Shown: piece by piece, positions 48,856 through 60,697 of the stretch
Layout: the number at the start of each line of letters is the position of its first letter
How positions within the stretch are numbered: position 1 is the first letter of the stretch
Source of the DNA: Catajapyx aquilonaris
Taxonomy: Eukaryota
DNA length: 64,000 nucleotides
Reading direction: 5' to 3'
NCBI GenBank assembly: GCA_000934665.2
Contig: KZ537973.1
Location: 1-64,000, forward strand
The notes under the pieces: model-generated
What the model was told of the DNA's origin: nothing
What the model saw: the letters and a program-made list of their open reading frames with translations, nothing else
Databases searched by the model: none
Program-made: the position numbers and the translations under genes

Positions 48856-51000
48856 CTATAGCATGAAATCTCGTAAGGTTGGGGTCACCAGTAACCTACG
48901 TGGAAGGATAATCTCGTCTGCTCTTGGGGCATTTTTTGTCTTCGGACTGATCGGAGGTTCAGGAACAACAGGTTTCACTTTAGTGATGCGGCCAGCGGGC
49001 CCTTGGGGTTTACAGGACTTGGACAACATCTCCATTAAGAAGCACGTGACAGTTACAATCCAACCAGCAACAATGAGGACGAAGGGACCGTACAGCTTCC
49101 TCACAGTGAGGGGCCTGCTCTCCTCCTCTTCCTGGCTCAACATCCCTTCCCCAGCCTCTTCTTCTTCCTCCTCACTCTTGGACCACCGGCGACGCTGGAC
49201 CTCCTTCAGGGACTTGCGGAACACACGGTAGAATTCGACATTCTGTAGATATGTCATCAATCCAGCTTCAAATTCCCAGAGTGCCAATTTGCTTACATAC
49301 GGTAAAAAAGGAATGTCCTTGAGAGTTGATGTGCCAGTATAAAAATCGAGAGTTGGTTCGGTGGTGTCTCTCACACGCAGGTTTCCATTGCTGTCCACCA
49401 CTTCAGATTTAGCACGGTCCATAAATAAATTAATTCCAAGGCAACTGAAGTAGTCTGCTTCCGCTGCTTTTTCAATGCATTCAGTGTAGCTGCTCATTAT
49501 CTTTAATTTTCCAGCAATATCGTGGTAGTAAGTGTGGCCCTCAATATTGTTGGCTATGAAATTGTAAAGAAGAGTCATTTCTAAATGGGTTCCTACTTCC
49601 AAACGAGAATTGCTGAGTTCCTCCAGCGTGGTTGGAAGATTCTCTTTCTCAGGGACTGCCACAAAAGCAAAAACCATTTCTTGGTAACCACACGAAAGAA
49701 TCATGGCCACGAAAAACCAAAACAGGACAAAAATTCTGGCTGCATGAGCCTTTGGAAACTCTTCGTTGGGCATCTGCTCAACCAAGGCACCTGCGCAGGA
49801 GTGAATTGCGATGTCTCCAAAGTCTTTTCCTGGTACCTCGTACAAGACGGCTTCTATGTTGAGCATTTTCCAGGTGACTACTATTGCAAAAGCAGTTGCT
49901 AAAGCGATCAACACCCACACCCATGGCTGGTAAGGCCAGAAGACAGTCTTCCACGTCCACAGGGGCCTGGGGAATCCAGTTACGAATAGGAAGCGAACGA
50001 ATGTGTTTGGGTAAACGTATTTGACATGTGACATGTCTTCCCCTTGGTAGAAAGAAACGAAGCAAAATTCTGCTTCTCCCGTCACCAAGTCCTTAATAGG
50101 TGACAGCCACGTTCCGTTGCTCAGACGAGTCCTCTCCATCATCTCTGGGACTATTGTCATTTCGTAGGTGCTCCAGGTGAAGTTCAATAGGTCAACAAAT
50201 AAAAGTACGTGTGCTTCGATGTAGTCCAGATTCAATCGCCCATATTTTTCTCTCTTCTTCATGACTTCATTTCCATCAAATTCTCTAATAAACACGCCTC
50301 TTAAATGCCTGCCATGAAAGTTTCTCGCCAAATCCGGAAACATGTCCCCTACCCCCAGTCCCGGATACTGTCCCAGCGTCATCTTGATGTTCTTTCCCTC
50401 GTCGCAGCAGAAGCAAATGGTGGCCAGCTCCAGTGACCCTCCATCAGGAGAAGGCTTGATGGCCACCTTCCACCTCATCCCCAGCATGCTGTTGGTCCTG
50501 TCCTCCTTTGGTGAAATGGCCTTGTCCGGGTCTTCCCTGGTCCAGATGACGACGTGGTCATCGTCTGACCTGATCTTGACCCTGGTGGAGACGAAGATGC
50601 TCATCCGGTTGACCAGTCCGGATGTCCTGGTGGTGAGCAGCTGCACCAGACAAGGACCGGTCCACTCCTTGGAGCTAATGTCCCAATAATCTCGATAAGT
50701 TGCATCATCAGGGACAGAGAAAGAGTCGGGAGGGGACAAAGTGAGTATCGGGCGATAATGCGTGTTCGCATCAGACAGGAGCATTTGAAAAGCGTTCGGA
50801 ACAGACGCAAAATCGTGGGTCAGCATCAGAGTACAATCGGGCAAGCTCTCAGACAAGATGTCTTGCACCAAACTGGATACGAGTTCTTCCTTCTGCATAT
50901 TATTTTTGCAGCACGTGCCTATGAGAGTTTCAGAACCAAAAACACATTCGATAAACACTATCAGATATAAAAACGCCTGACTGCTTGTCATAGTCCCCAT
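48856..51000 (-). CDS. Intronless divergent ionotropic receptor (IR paralog 4)
   Basis: Intact ORF of the same subfamily with more diverged termini; first ATG at 51000. Confidence 0.9.
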   Translation of the reverse strand: MGTMTSSQAFLYLIVFIECVFGSETLIGTCCKNNMQKEELVSSLVQDILSESLPDCTLMLTHDFASVPNAFQMLLSDANTHYRPILTLSPPDSFSVPDDATYRDYWDISSKEWTGPCLVQLLTTRTSGLVNRMSIFVSTRVKIRSDDDHVVIWTREDPDKAISPKEDRTNSMLGMRWKVAIKPSPDGGSLELATICFCCDEGKNIKMTLGQYPGLGVGDMFPDLARNFHGRHLRGVFIREFDGNEVMKKREKYGRLNLDYIEAHVLLFVDLLNFTWSTYEMTIVPEMMERTRLSNGTWLSPIKDLVTGEAEFCFVSFYQGEDMSHVKYVYPNTFVRFLFVTGFPRPLWTWKTVFWPYQPWVWVLIALATAFAIVVTWKMLNIEAVLYEVPGKDFGDIAIHSCAGALVEQMPNEEFPKAHAARIFVLFWFFVAMILSCGYQEMVFAFVAVPEKENLPTTLEELSNSRLEVGTHLEMTLLYNFIANNIEGHTYYHDIAGKLKIMSSYTECIEKAAEADYFSCLGINLFMDRAKSEVVDSNGNLRVRDTTEPTLDFYTGTSTLKDIPFLPYVSKLALWEFEAGLMTYLQNVEFYRVFRKSLKEVQRRRWSKSEEEEEEAGEGMLSQEEEESRPLTVRKLYGPFVLIVAGWIVTVTCFLMEMLSKSCKPQGPAGRITKVKPVVPEPPISPKTKNAPRADEIILPRRLLVTPTLRDFML

Positions 51001-52603
51001 TGTTGCTTCCAAACCACTAGTAGGCCTACCAATATTTTATCGCACGGAGTAGTAACTACTGGAATATATTGAAGAGTTCACTTTGTCACCACTCAGCTTG
51101 CCAAGGACCAAACTGATATGCCTCTTTTCCAAAACTCCTCTTCATTTTACACAGGCTGTCACGTCACTGTGGCGTCTTTTAGAACTATACAGCAAGTGTG
51201 TAAGAATACGCGCAGTACCGTAAGTGCGCTTCCACCATACCAAGAGCTAATGACCATACTGAATTATAAACAAAGGGAACGTGGTATACTGTATATTCTG
51301 ACTGTGAGATACCAGGCATGGATAGTGAACATCATACCGGTATATGGAACTAATGGAAGTCCATTAAAGCTCCCATTAGCTATCATTAGGAAAAGTGGAG
51401 GAATGTGAAACCAATCGATGCATTGAAGTGCAAGAAGTGTCCCATGCAAATGGGCAGGGAGTACATTATAAAATTATCTTCTCTTAACAATGCTATTTAT
51501 TGCAGTTTCTAACGGCTATCCTTATCATGAAACCTTTAATTTGCAACGCGCTGTGCAATGACTTAATTGTTTGCATTCCATTTATTACTTATTGAATAGC
51601 AATGTGGTTGGAATAATAAGAATAAATTACGTTCGTTTCACTACATTAATATTATGTCCTTTTATAGGCCTGTGATACAAGTACGGAATGAATATTCTGA
51701 TAAGCAAACCCGCACGTGGGATGTTTTGACCGGGTCTGTGGTGGGCTGTTTATTATGAATGATTAATAAGATCTACCGATGTCGAATGGTTTGGTGTTGA
51801 GTACGTGGTTTTCGGAACTAAAGTACTGTGTGCGGCAAACTTTGTGCCGCGTGGGTGTATCGAACACTAAAACGGCTCAAATTCCGGGCATTTTGCGTCA
51901 GCAGTTGAGTTGTTAAAAATATATTATATTTTGACCAACTGTTATCAAAATGTTTTATAAACGTCACAGAAGTGAAACCAATTGACTTTATTTATTTATT
52001 TAATTAATTGATTGATGGTTTTTATGTTCGACTAAGTGCTACAGTATGTGTACTATACCCCATCTCACCAGGCAGGTAAAGGCATTTCCTTATGAGCCGT
52101 CAAATTCCAATCATGATCACATTTTATGAATTAGTTACAGTAATTTTTCTGGTTTTGTGAAACATACCATATTAATATTTTGACCTAAGCATTCTAAGGT
52201 GTTACAAAACCATTACCGTACCAAGACACCAATAAGTTCAGTCCGCAATATAATTATGATAGAAAACATTCTTAAATGATGGGGTCTGATACAAGTAGAA
52301 ACAGTTTTTGATGTCTTTGAGCAGGTCCGTTTGCAGTGAAAGCTGTTCTTTAACCCCCCATGTAATACCATCATAGTCATTGACTCTTGAGGCATTCTCC
52401 CTCCCTGGACGTCCTTTGCAGGTATCAACTGCTTTGATATCGGTGTCCTGATTTGCATCAGCGCCTATTGTGTGACGCAGATTCTCCGAATAATAGGCAA
52501 TAACGTGCTCCGAGGTGATCTATCACGACACTTAAAATAGCACGGACAATTGGCTGGTACTTTTGATATATAGATCCCACTCGGCTGTAGCACACCCGCC
52601 AAA

Positions 52604-53861
52604 ATGCGGCTCTTATTGTCTGCACTGGTGTCAACCGCGTTTTTCGCGAGCATCCAGGGTTGCATGGACCCATTCCAGGAGATCTCAGGGGGATGCTACT
52701 ACCTGAATTCTTCCTGGTGGCTCGACTGGTGGCAGGGGAGGAAACTCTGCGCCAACTTAGGAGGATTCATGGCCGCGCCGCTAGTGCCTGAGGACCACAA
52801 GGCTGTGCTGGACGTCATCAGAAGCAGTAAGGTCTATCAGCTGTAATTGCAACACACACTATTTGCGGAAGGTTGGCAGTGTGCTTGTACACGCACGTAC
52901 AGATAGTTGCATGTTACGCTATGCCGAATATTACGTATGGTCATAGACATTATTATTATTACCATCGATTAAATCAATGTTATTTTCTTGTGCATACGTA
53001 TTAATTGCAGTATGTCATTATATCAGACACAGATGTGACTCGCAATGTGTGGCTAGGAGCATCGAACGGCGGTCGAGGCAGCCGGTTCGTCTGGGCCCAT
53101 TCGATGTCCACAGTGCTTTACACCAACTGGTCACCAGGTCAACCGGTCTTCGTGGAGAAGCCCTACTCCCAGAGCTGCATCCTGGTGGACATGTCTGACC
53201 CCGAGATGCGTTGGGGAGACGACAACTGCTTCGCCGATGGACACGTTGTCTGCCAGTACAAGCCAGAGGTCGACGGGCAATGCGTGCCTCAAAAGACTGA
53301 AGAAACAGTCAGGAGAAAGCGACACATTCGCTCCAAGTACTTCTCACCGCCTGCTGCATTGCCACAACCTTTGGCATGTCCTCCGAGGTTCGTGAAGCTC
53401 TCGACCGGCTGCTACTTCTTCAGCAACAGACTCAAAGCTGACAGCTGGGACATGGCGAAAGACTTCTGCCAAAATATCAACGCGGCGTTGACTGAGATTC
53501 GCACACCTGAAGAGCACGACGCTGTTCGACAACACGCTACCGAAGGTGTGGTATCAAAGCTGTTTTGGTGCCATCATATTTCACTCAACATAATTATTGA
53601 ACACGTCTCTCATTTTTTCTCCTTTTTCTTATTCAAGCCGAGGATGATCATGAATACTTCTTGGGGGCAACGGACGAGGACATCGAAGGCAAGTGGATGT
53701 GGGATTCGTCTGGAAATGAGGTTGACCTGGACTATTGGTACGAGTACAGACTTGGAAACACGGTCGAAAACTGCTTGGCCATCTCACCAGACATGGATTA
53801 CTTGTGGAATGACGTCAGCTGTACAGGGTACACCTCGTTTGTTTGCACCCAAAATCTATGA
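52604..53861 (+). CDS. Secreted dual-domain C-type lectin
   Basis: Exons 52604-52826, about 53027-53545 and 53638-53861. Signal peptide and two CTLDs (CYY..W..C..LGG, WLG, WGDD.C; CYFFS..W..AKDFC, WNDVSC). Confidence 0.85.
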
Positions 53862-54468
53862 GAAATGTAAAGGAGCAATTATATGTATGTTGTGTAACAG
53901 CATTTTATTGTCTCACAATATGTACAGTACGACTGCGAATTTAGCAGCACTACTTTATTGATAAAATTGGTTCAACTGCAATGAGCTTTCAAGTATAATA
54001 TTTTTTTAAATGTAAATTACTGGACAAGCAGTTACCTGATTTTCTCTGTGGAAAAATAGGGGTATGTCATTTGTGTACGATTTATCTCTCTGAATTAAAA
54101 CATTTTACACCGATATCAACGTAAGTGTTTAATGGCACAAACTTCACATCATAGCATCAATATGCATGATACAAAATTCTTTATCGACTCCCCATGATTT
54201 TTATACAGAGCATAAACACGCATCGTGCATATATTTTGCGAACTAATTCAATATGTCTCGGCATGTTTTTTTGTAAAAAAAAATAATCTTCATTTCTTCA
54301 TACCGTTCACCATGGGTAGTGATGCCGAGATGTCATATTATTGTGGAAGAGGGGTACAGTACATCTCAGTTGATATTATTTTCTGCGGGGTATTAAGGGA
54401 GAGAAAAAAAAAGAGGCCCACTTACAAATAAAAACGGTACAGTTCATTCTCACACTAGCCATTCATCA

Positions 54469-54550
54469 GCAGTCGTGGCCGAGCGGTTAAGGCGTCTGAC
54501 TCGAAATCAGATTCCCTCTGGGAGCACAGGTTCGAATCCTGTCGACTGCG
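54469..54550 (+). tRNA. tRNA-Ser (anticodon CGA)
   Basis: 82 nt; acceptor stem GCAGTCG/CGACTGC; anticodon arm TCTGA-CTCGAAA-TCAGA; long variable arm; GGTTCGAATCC B box; downstream T-run Pol III terminator. Confidence 0.97.
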
Positions 54551-55617
54551 CTATAACTTTTTTTCAAATAAAATTATATTTATGATTTACTTTTACATTC
54601 ACGTTTTACATTAAAATATTAGATAGAGCCATGCTCCGTCGAGTTGTGAAAGATATAAGTCATGTCAACTGCAGTACACGATGGGTTTTGCTCGGAATCC
54701 TACCTTTTCATTAGAAATGCCAGGCATAAAGATAAGTACCGGTATGCTCATGGGAGACATCGTGATTGCACACTTGAAGACCTGAAGCGCAGGGCAATCA
54801 GAATCACAATGGAGTGATTATGACATAATTGCAACCGTGTAATTATCGCATGCGCTGCGACACAATACCTCATTCCATGCTCAGTAAATAAAGAGTAAAT
54901 TCATCATTCATGAAGAAGCCAACAGTTCTTTCAATCGACGCATAAAAGCCATGACACATTATTTGTATTTACTGACACAGGCTTTTATGTAAATGAGCCA
55001 AAAACTGTGGATTATATAAAGTGTCATATTTCCAATATTTGAGGGGACCAATAAAATATGCAGCAGGTTTTATACAACAACTAGAGCTGCAAGTACTGGT
55101 TAATGTTATTTGCATGAAATATAGTATATTATTTTACATTTTAATATTTACGCCGATTGGATCGTTGGAATGTGCATTTTGCTGAAGATTACCCGCAATT
55201 ATTATCCACATGCATTGGAGCCCGCTTGTGATTATGTGACAAAATACACACCTGATTCCCCAAATGGTCCATGCATCTTTTATAAATAACGTAATACACA
55301 GTAATTTGTCATTGGAGTTAATAAATTCCCTCTAAGTACCCGCGTAGCTTGCCATATGTCGCCGCAATGCGCGCATGATAGATAGCACAATGATCCATTA
55401 TTTTAGCACTTCTTATCTTGTATCTGCTCTATAGGAGTCGTTTGCAACCCCGACAATGAATGGAATACAAGCAAGCATTACTATACCCGCTCGATATGAC
55501 TCCAAATAATATCTCGCACATTCCGGATCTATTATTGCACCACGCCAAATAGCCGCTGTACATAGCTGTTGACCAGACGACTAGTAGGCGGTTTTCTCCC
55601 CCTCTGCAAAGAGAAAT

Positions 55618-56741
55618 ATGATAGCGATAGTTGCAGTGATTGCTGTCGTCTCTGCGTCGCTCACTTTAGTGGACGCCGGAGGTTTCTGCTACAGTCCTTA
55701 TATACTGATGGCTCCAAACGAGAAGTGCTACTACTTCAGCAGCTTCAAAACCAACTGGCATTTGGCCGTCGAGCATTGTCGGAAATTAGGAGGAGTGTTG
55801 GCTGCCCCAGCCACGCAACAATTAGCAGAAGAACTTGAAGACTACATCAGAAACAGTAAGCAGACATCTAACAAGTAAAATAGTCTTTATAGATGATGTT
55901 ATCCAATTGTGCTCCGTATATATTTTGTGAGCTGTGCAATTCCAATTTTTGGCCATTTGTTATTGTTTTCTCTCATTTTCTCTGATAAAGACAACATTGG
56001 CGAGTCGTATGTTGGCGGGACGGACCTTGGTCATGACGGCCGATGGGTGTGGGAGGCTGACTTCAGCGAGATGAACCTTCCCGAGATTTGGGCTTCTGGC
56101 GAGCCGGACAACAAGAAAGAGCTGGAGCACTGCATGTCTGTCGGGGGAGGTACCGAAAAGGGATACAGCGACGTTGCCTGTCGCAAGAACGCGTCTTTTG
56201 TCTGCGAGAAAGTCGCACCTCCTTGCAAACCACATTTCCAGGCTGCGCGTCCATCACTCAAGAGTAGCCAGTGTCCCAGCAGGTTCAAGAAGCTGATGGA
56301 CGGAAGGTGCTACTTCTTCAGCACCAATGCGGCCACCTACGATGAGGCCCGGGCCAAATGCAGTGACTTCGGAGGCACCTTGGCTGAACCAACTACTTCG
56401 GAGAAGGCATTCGCCATACAGGAACACATCTTGGAGGGTGAGTATATGTAGTTTCTGAATACATTTCTACACAAGTGAGGTATACAGAGTTGTAACAGGC
56501 TAATTTACTTTTGACAGAATTTCCAAAGAGGACCATCTTCTTTGGAGCCAAGTCCTCAAGCGACGGGACTTGGCAATTCGAGAGCAGCGAAGAGCCAGTC
56601 GAGCTTGACTTTTGGAGCAGGGATGTCGATAAGAACGCGCCCAACCGATGCATGGCAAGCAACGAGCAGTCCACACACCACTGGATACCAGTCGACTGCA
56701 ACCAATCATACTTTTACATCTGCAGCTGGGGAGCTGGGTAA
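55618..56741 (+). CDS. Secreted dual-domain C-type lectin (paralog of 52604-53861)
   Basis: Exons 55618-55855, about 55991-56437 and 56518-56741, with the same intron positions as the neighbour. CRD1 has GEPDN. AATAAA at about 56781. Confidence 0.85.
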
Positions 56742-57000
56742 CTGATGCCCACAAAAATTATATGGGGATGTTTATAGAAAAATAAAATTTATATGAGCCT
56801 TGTCTTTGTACTTGTACGCCTACTTGTACGGTGCAGTAACTTGCATTCCAATAGAATTAGATGATAACATGATATCAATCCCTGACCTCGATACCACAGC
56901 CTTGACCTTCCGCCTATCTTGCACGCGATTTGATACCCCCCACGACTATTGTAGCAATCACTCTTCCTGCGACATCGAGCAAGTGCACACCATATAAGCC

Positions 57001-60000
57001 ATGGCTAACTTGAAGGATCTGTGCTCAGGTTTGCCCACCAACCCGCTGCCACCACCTCAAAAACCAGACCCCAATCTTCCCCACGCGCCAATCAGAACAC
57101 CAAAGTTGTCCCCATGCGACGAAAAAGTAAGTTCATAAAAATGTAAATCCAGCTTGAATTATCTCAATTGTGTGCTAATTAAGTAGCATGACCGTACAAC
57201 AGGTACAAGCAATGAGGAAAAAAACGTCTGATCACACAATGCGACATTATGCTCAAGATTTCATAGACTATGTTAATATTTACGTGGAATCACCTCACAC
57301 TCTGTAGAAACTAAGGTTCAATAATTCAAGGTCGTCCGTTATTATATTGCTTATTGCAGCTGGCATTGCAAAATGCACTCAGGTACTTTCCCGCCGAGGT
57401 CCAATCCCAGCTGGCAGGCGAGTTTGTCGACGAGCTTCACCAATATGGACATATCTACATGTACCGGTTCAAACCAACGTCTCCTATAAGGTAATAAGGC
57501 ATAACCTCACTCTGCGCATAAACCCATATGATCATCTTGCTTGCAGAGCTTATCCGATCGGGCAGTATCCAAGCAAAAGTCGCAACGCAGCAGCCATCAT
57601 GCTTATGATCATGAACAATCTGGACCCAAAAGTGGCTCAGTACCCGGAGGAGTTGGTCACATACGGTGGGAACGGTCAGGTTTTCTCCAATTGGGCACAG
57701 GTACAGATGTCATACTGCGACCGAAAACGCAAACGTTACGTGAGCTTGTTCTTTCACGTATCGTTCGCGTTCACGGTCACGGTAGTTACTTCTCATGTTT
57801 GGTTGCAGTTTCGACTAGTGATGCACTACCTGTCTGAAATGGACGATGCGCAGACATTAGTCATGTACTCTGGGCATCCTTTAGGACTGTTTCCTGGTCC
57901 GGTCCAAGGCCCGCGATTGGTCATCACCAACGGTATGATGGTGCCCAACTACTCTCGCAGGGAAGACTACGAGCGACAATTTGCATTGGGAAATACCATG
58001 TAATTATACTGTGCGCTCTCATTATGCACCAGACAATTAAACTTGACATTTGCAGGTACGGGCAGATGACTGCTGGAAGCTACTGTTACATCGGACCACA
58101 GGGAATTGTGCATGGGACCACGGTACGTGTTGTTAGTGAGGTTTTACATGGAAATGTCCGCTGATATATTTGGCACTTTCAGTTGACTGTGATGAACGCT
58201 GGTCGTAAGTACCTTGGGGTTGAGGACCTCTCAGGAAAAGTTCTGCTCACTTCTGGATTGGGAGGAATGAGCGGAGCGCAGGCCAAAGCAGCCGTCATTT
58301 GCGGATGCGTCGGAGTCGTCGCAGAGGTAAACACTAATTGCTCAATTCGCTACCAGGATCTGTTTGGCAGATTTTTAATGCTATAGTCACACTTCCCTGC
58401 AGGTAAACTACGATGCAATCAAGAAGCGTCACGATCAAGGATGGGTCCTGGAAGTGATTGACGATCTGGACAAGCTGATCAATCGGCTGCGAGAGGCCAA
58501 GGCAGCCAAGGAGGCCACCAGCATTGCTTTCCATGGAAATGTGGTCGCGGTCTGGGAGCGTCTGGTGCAGGAGTGGCACAAGACTGGTCAGCTGCTGGTT
58601 GACTTTGGGAGTGACCAGACATCGTGCCACGACCCATTCGGTGGAGGGTATTGCCCTGTCCACCTGGACTACGACCAGGCCAAAAAGGTGACACTTTAGA
58701 GATTGATCCTGATTATACACGAGGCTATATTTTCTATTGCTTGAGCACATTTATTACGAGTTTGGTCAATTCTCGATTTGAACACTTGCAGATGCTGGCG
58801 TCAGATCCGTCCAAGTTTAAGTCCCTGGTTCAGGACAGCCTCAGGAGACATGTGTCCGCTATCAACGCATTGTCCGATGCAGGCCTCTTCTTCTGGGACT
58901 ATGGAAACGCGTTTCTTCTGGAGGCCAAGAGGGCCGGAGCAGACGTAGGACTTCAGGGTGACTCGACTGGTATCAAGTTCAGATATCCCTCCTACGTCCA
59001 GGATATGATGGGGTGTGTATGGGTGAAAAAATATGTTTTGGATAATACCTATCCAGATGCCATTTTTTATCTCTGTGTATTACTGGCAGTTTTTGAACGT
59101 ATTGCTGTTGCAGGGACATATTTTCGCTCGGGTTCGGACCGTTCCGGTGGGTATGTACATCTGGAGAGCAGTCAGACCTGGACATGACAGACAAGACTAG
59201 CGTGGCCATATTGGAGCAGATCATGGAAGGTATGACACATGTGCAATGTATCCCATGACTATATCAGTGACGCCTACACATGCAAAAGTGTGAGAATAAA
59301 ACTGGCCAACTTTCTGTTTTCATTAATTTCGCTGACTGTATCACGTACTTGCAGAGGGTCTTCCAACTCCATCGATGCAACAGTACGAGGACAACGTGAA
59401 ATGGATACGATCCGCATCCAGTCATAAGCTGGTTGTTGGCTCCCAAGCCCGGATTCTGTACTCGGACCAAAAGGGTCGTGTCAGGTTGGCACTCGCTTTC
59501 AACAAGCTGATCCGGGAAGGAAAACTGAAGGTAAAATGAACAGTATCAGTACTAAAATACATATACATTATTTTCTATATACGCCGTGTGCACGCAGGGT
59601 CCTGTTGTGGTCACACGTGACCACCACGACGTCAGCGGTACGGACAGCCCATTCAGAGAGACGTCAAACATCACTGACGGATCATCATTTTCGGCTGACA
59701 TGGCTGTCCAGAACTGCATCGGAGACGCCTGCAGGGGTGCAACATGGGTCGCCCTGCATAATGGAGGCGGAGTTGGATGGTCAGTACTTATATAGGTCGC
59801 CGCTAATTATTTCTGACTAATGACCTCCTGGACTCGTAGGGGAGAAGCCATAAATGGAGGGTTTGGCCTTGTGATGGATGGGTCTGAGGAAATGGACCGA
59901 CGAGCAAAGGAGATGCTGTCGTGGGATGTCGGAAATGGGGTGGCCAGAAGGTATATATATAGCACTGGTTATGTATACATGTTTGCCCACTGATGCTGAC

Positions 60001-60154
60001 TGCGGTTTCTGTTTGAAGGTGCTGGTCTGGTAATGCCAATGCCAGGGTGGCCATCGAGATGGCTATGAAGGACCAGCCTGCTCTGCGCATAACTCTTCCC
60101 AATTCTGTTCAAGGATCGGTCCTGGATGAGGCACTCAAGGGAGGACGTGTCTGA
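57001..60154 (+). CDS. uroc1: Urocanate hydratase (urocanase), multi-exon
   Basis: Motifs LALQNALRYFP, MIMNNLDPKVAQYPEELVTYGGNGQ, YGQMTAGSYCYIGPQGIVHGT, GLGGMSGAQ, SDQTSCH, WDYGNAF, RDHHDVSGTDSPFRET and HNGGGVG. About 13 exons with short GT-AG introns; TGA at 60152-60154; AATAAA at about 60236. Confidence 0.95.
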
Positions 60155-60697
60155 GTTGCTCTTGACAATAAGTCTATAGCAATGGTTTTGTTATGATTGT
60201 ATCATTTGTATGACTCCATGGTGGTATACACTCTCAATAAAAATCCACTATTCAATACGTAAATGAAAGTTGCTCCTATGTTCTGTAGTATCGGTACGTG
60301 CACCGGTGCACCTATTTATATCTGTGGTTATCATTGCACTGGATGTTGTGTGAGCAGGTCTTCACTTCTGATTAGAAGTCTTTATCATTCAATTTCCGCG
60401 GAGATAAACACAAGCTCAACCAGGAAGTAATACAAAAGGTAATATTACACCACTGAAATTCTCTAGTGCTGTTTGAAAATACGCCTAATCTCACCTACAT
60501 AATAATATTTTGTGGTAACTCTCAGTATTATGCTATCCGCTAATCGCAGGAGCGACTTGAAAGTAGCGGCGATCCGCAACTGCTGCGTTGAATGGGCTGT
60601 ATTAGCTACCCGGTTTCCAACATGGCGTCGGCGTGTTGAGCGAAAGTTGTCTCTTTCTCCCGAGTTTTCGTGTCATACCAGAACCTGCGATCCGACA

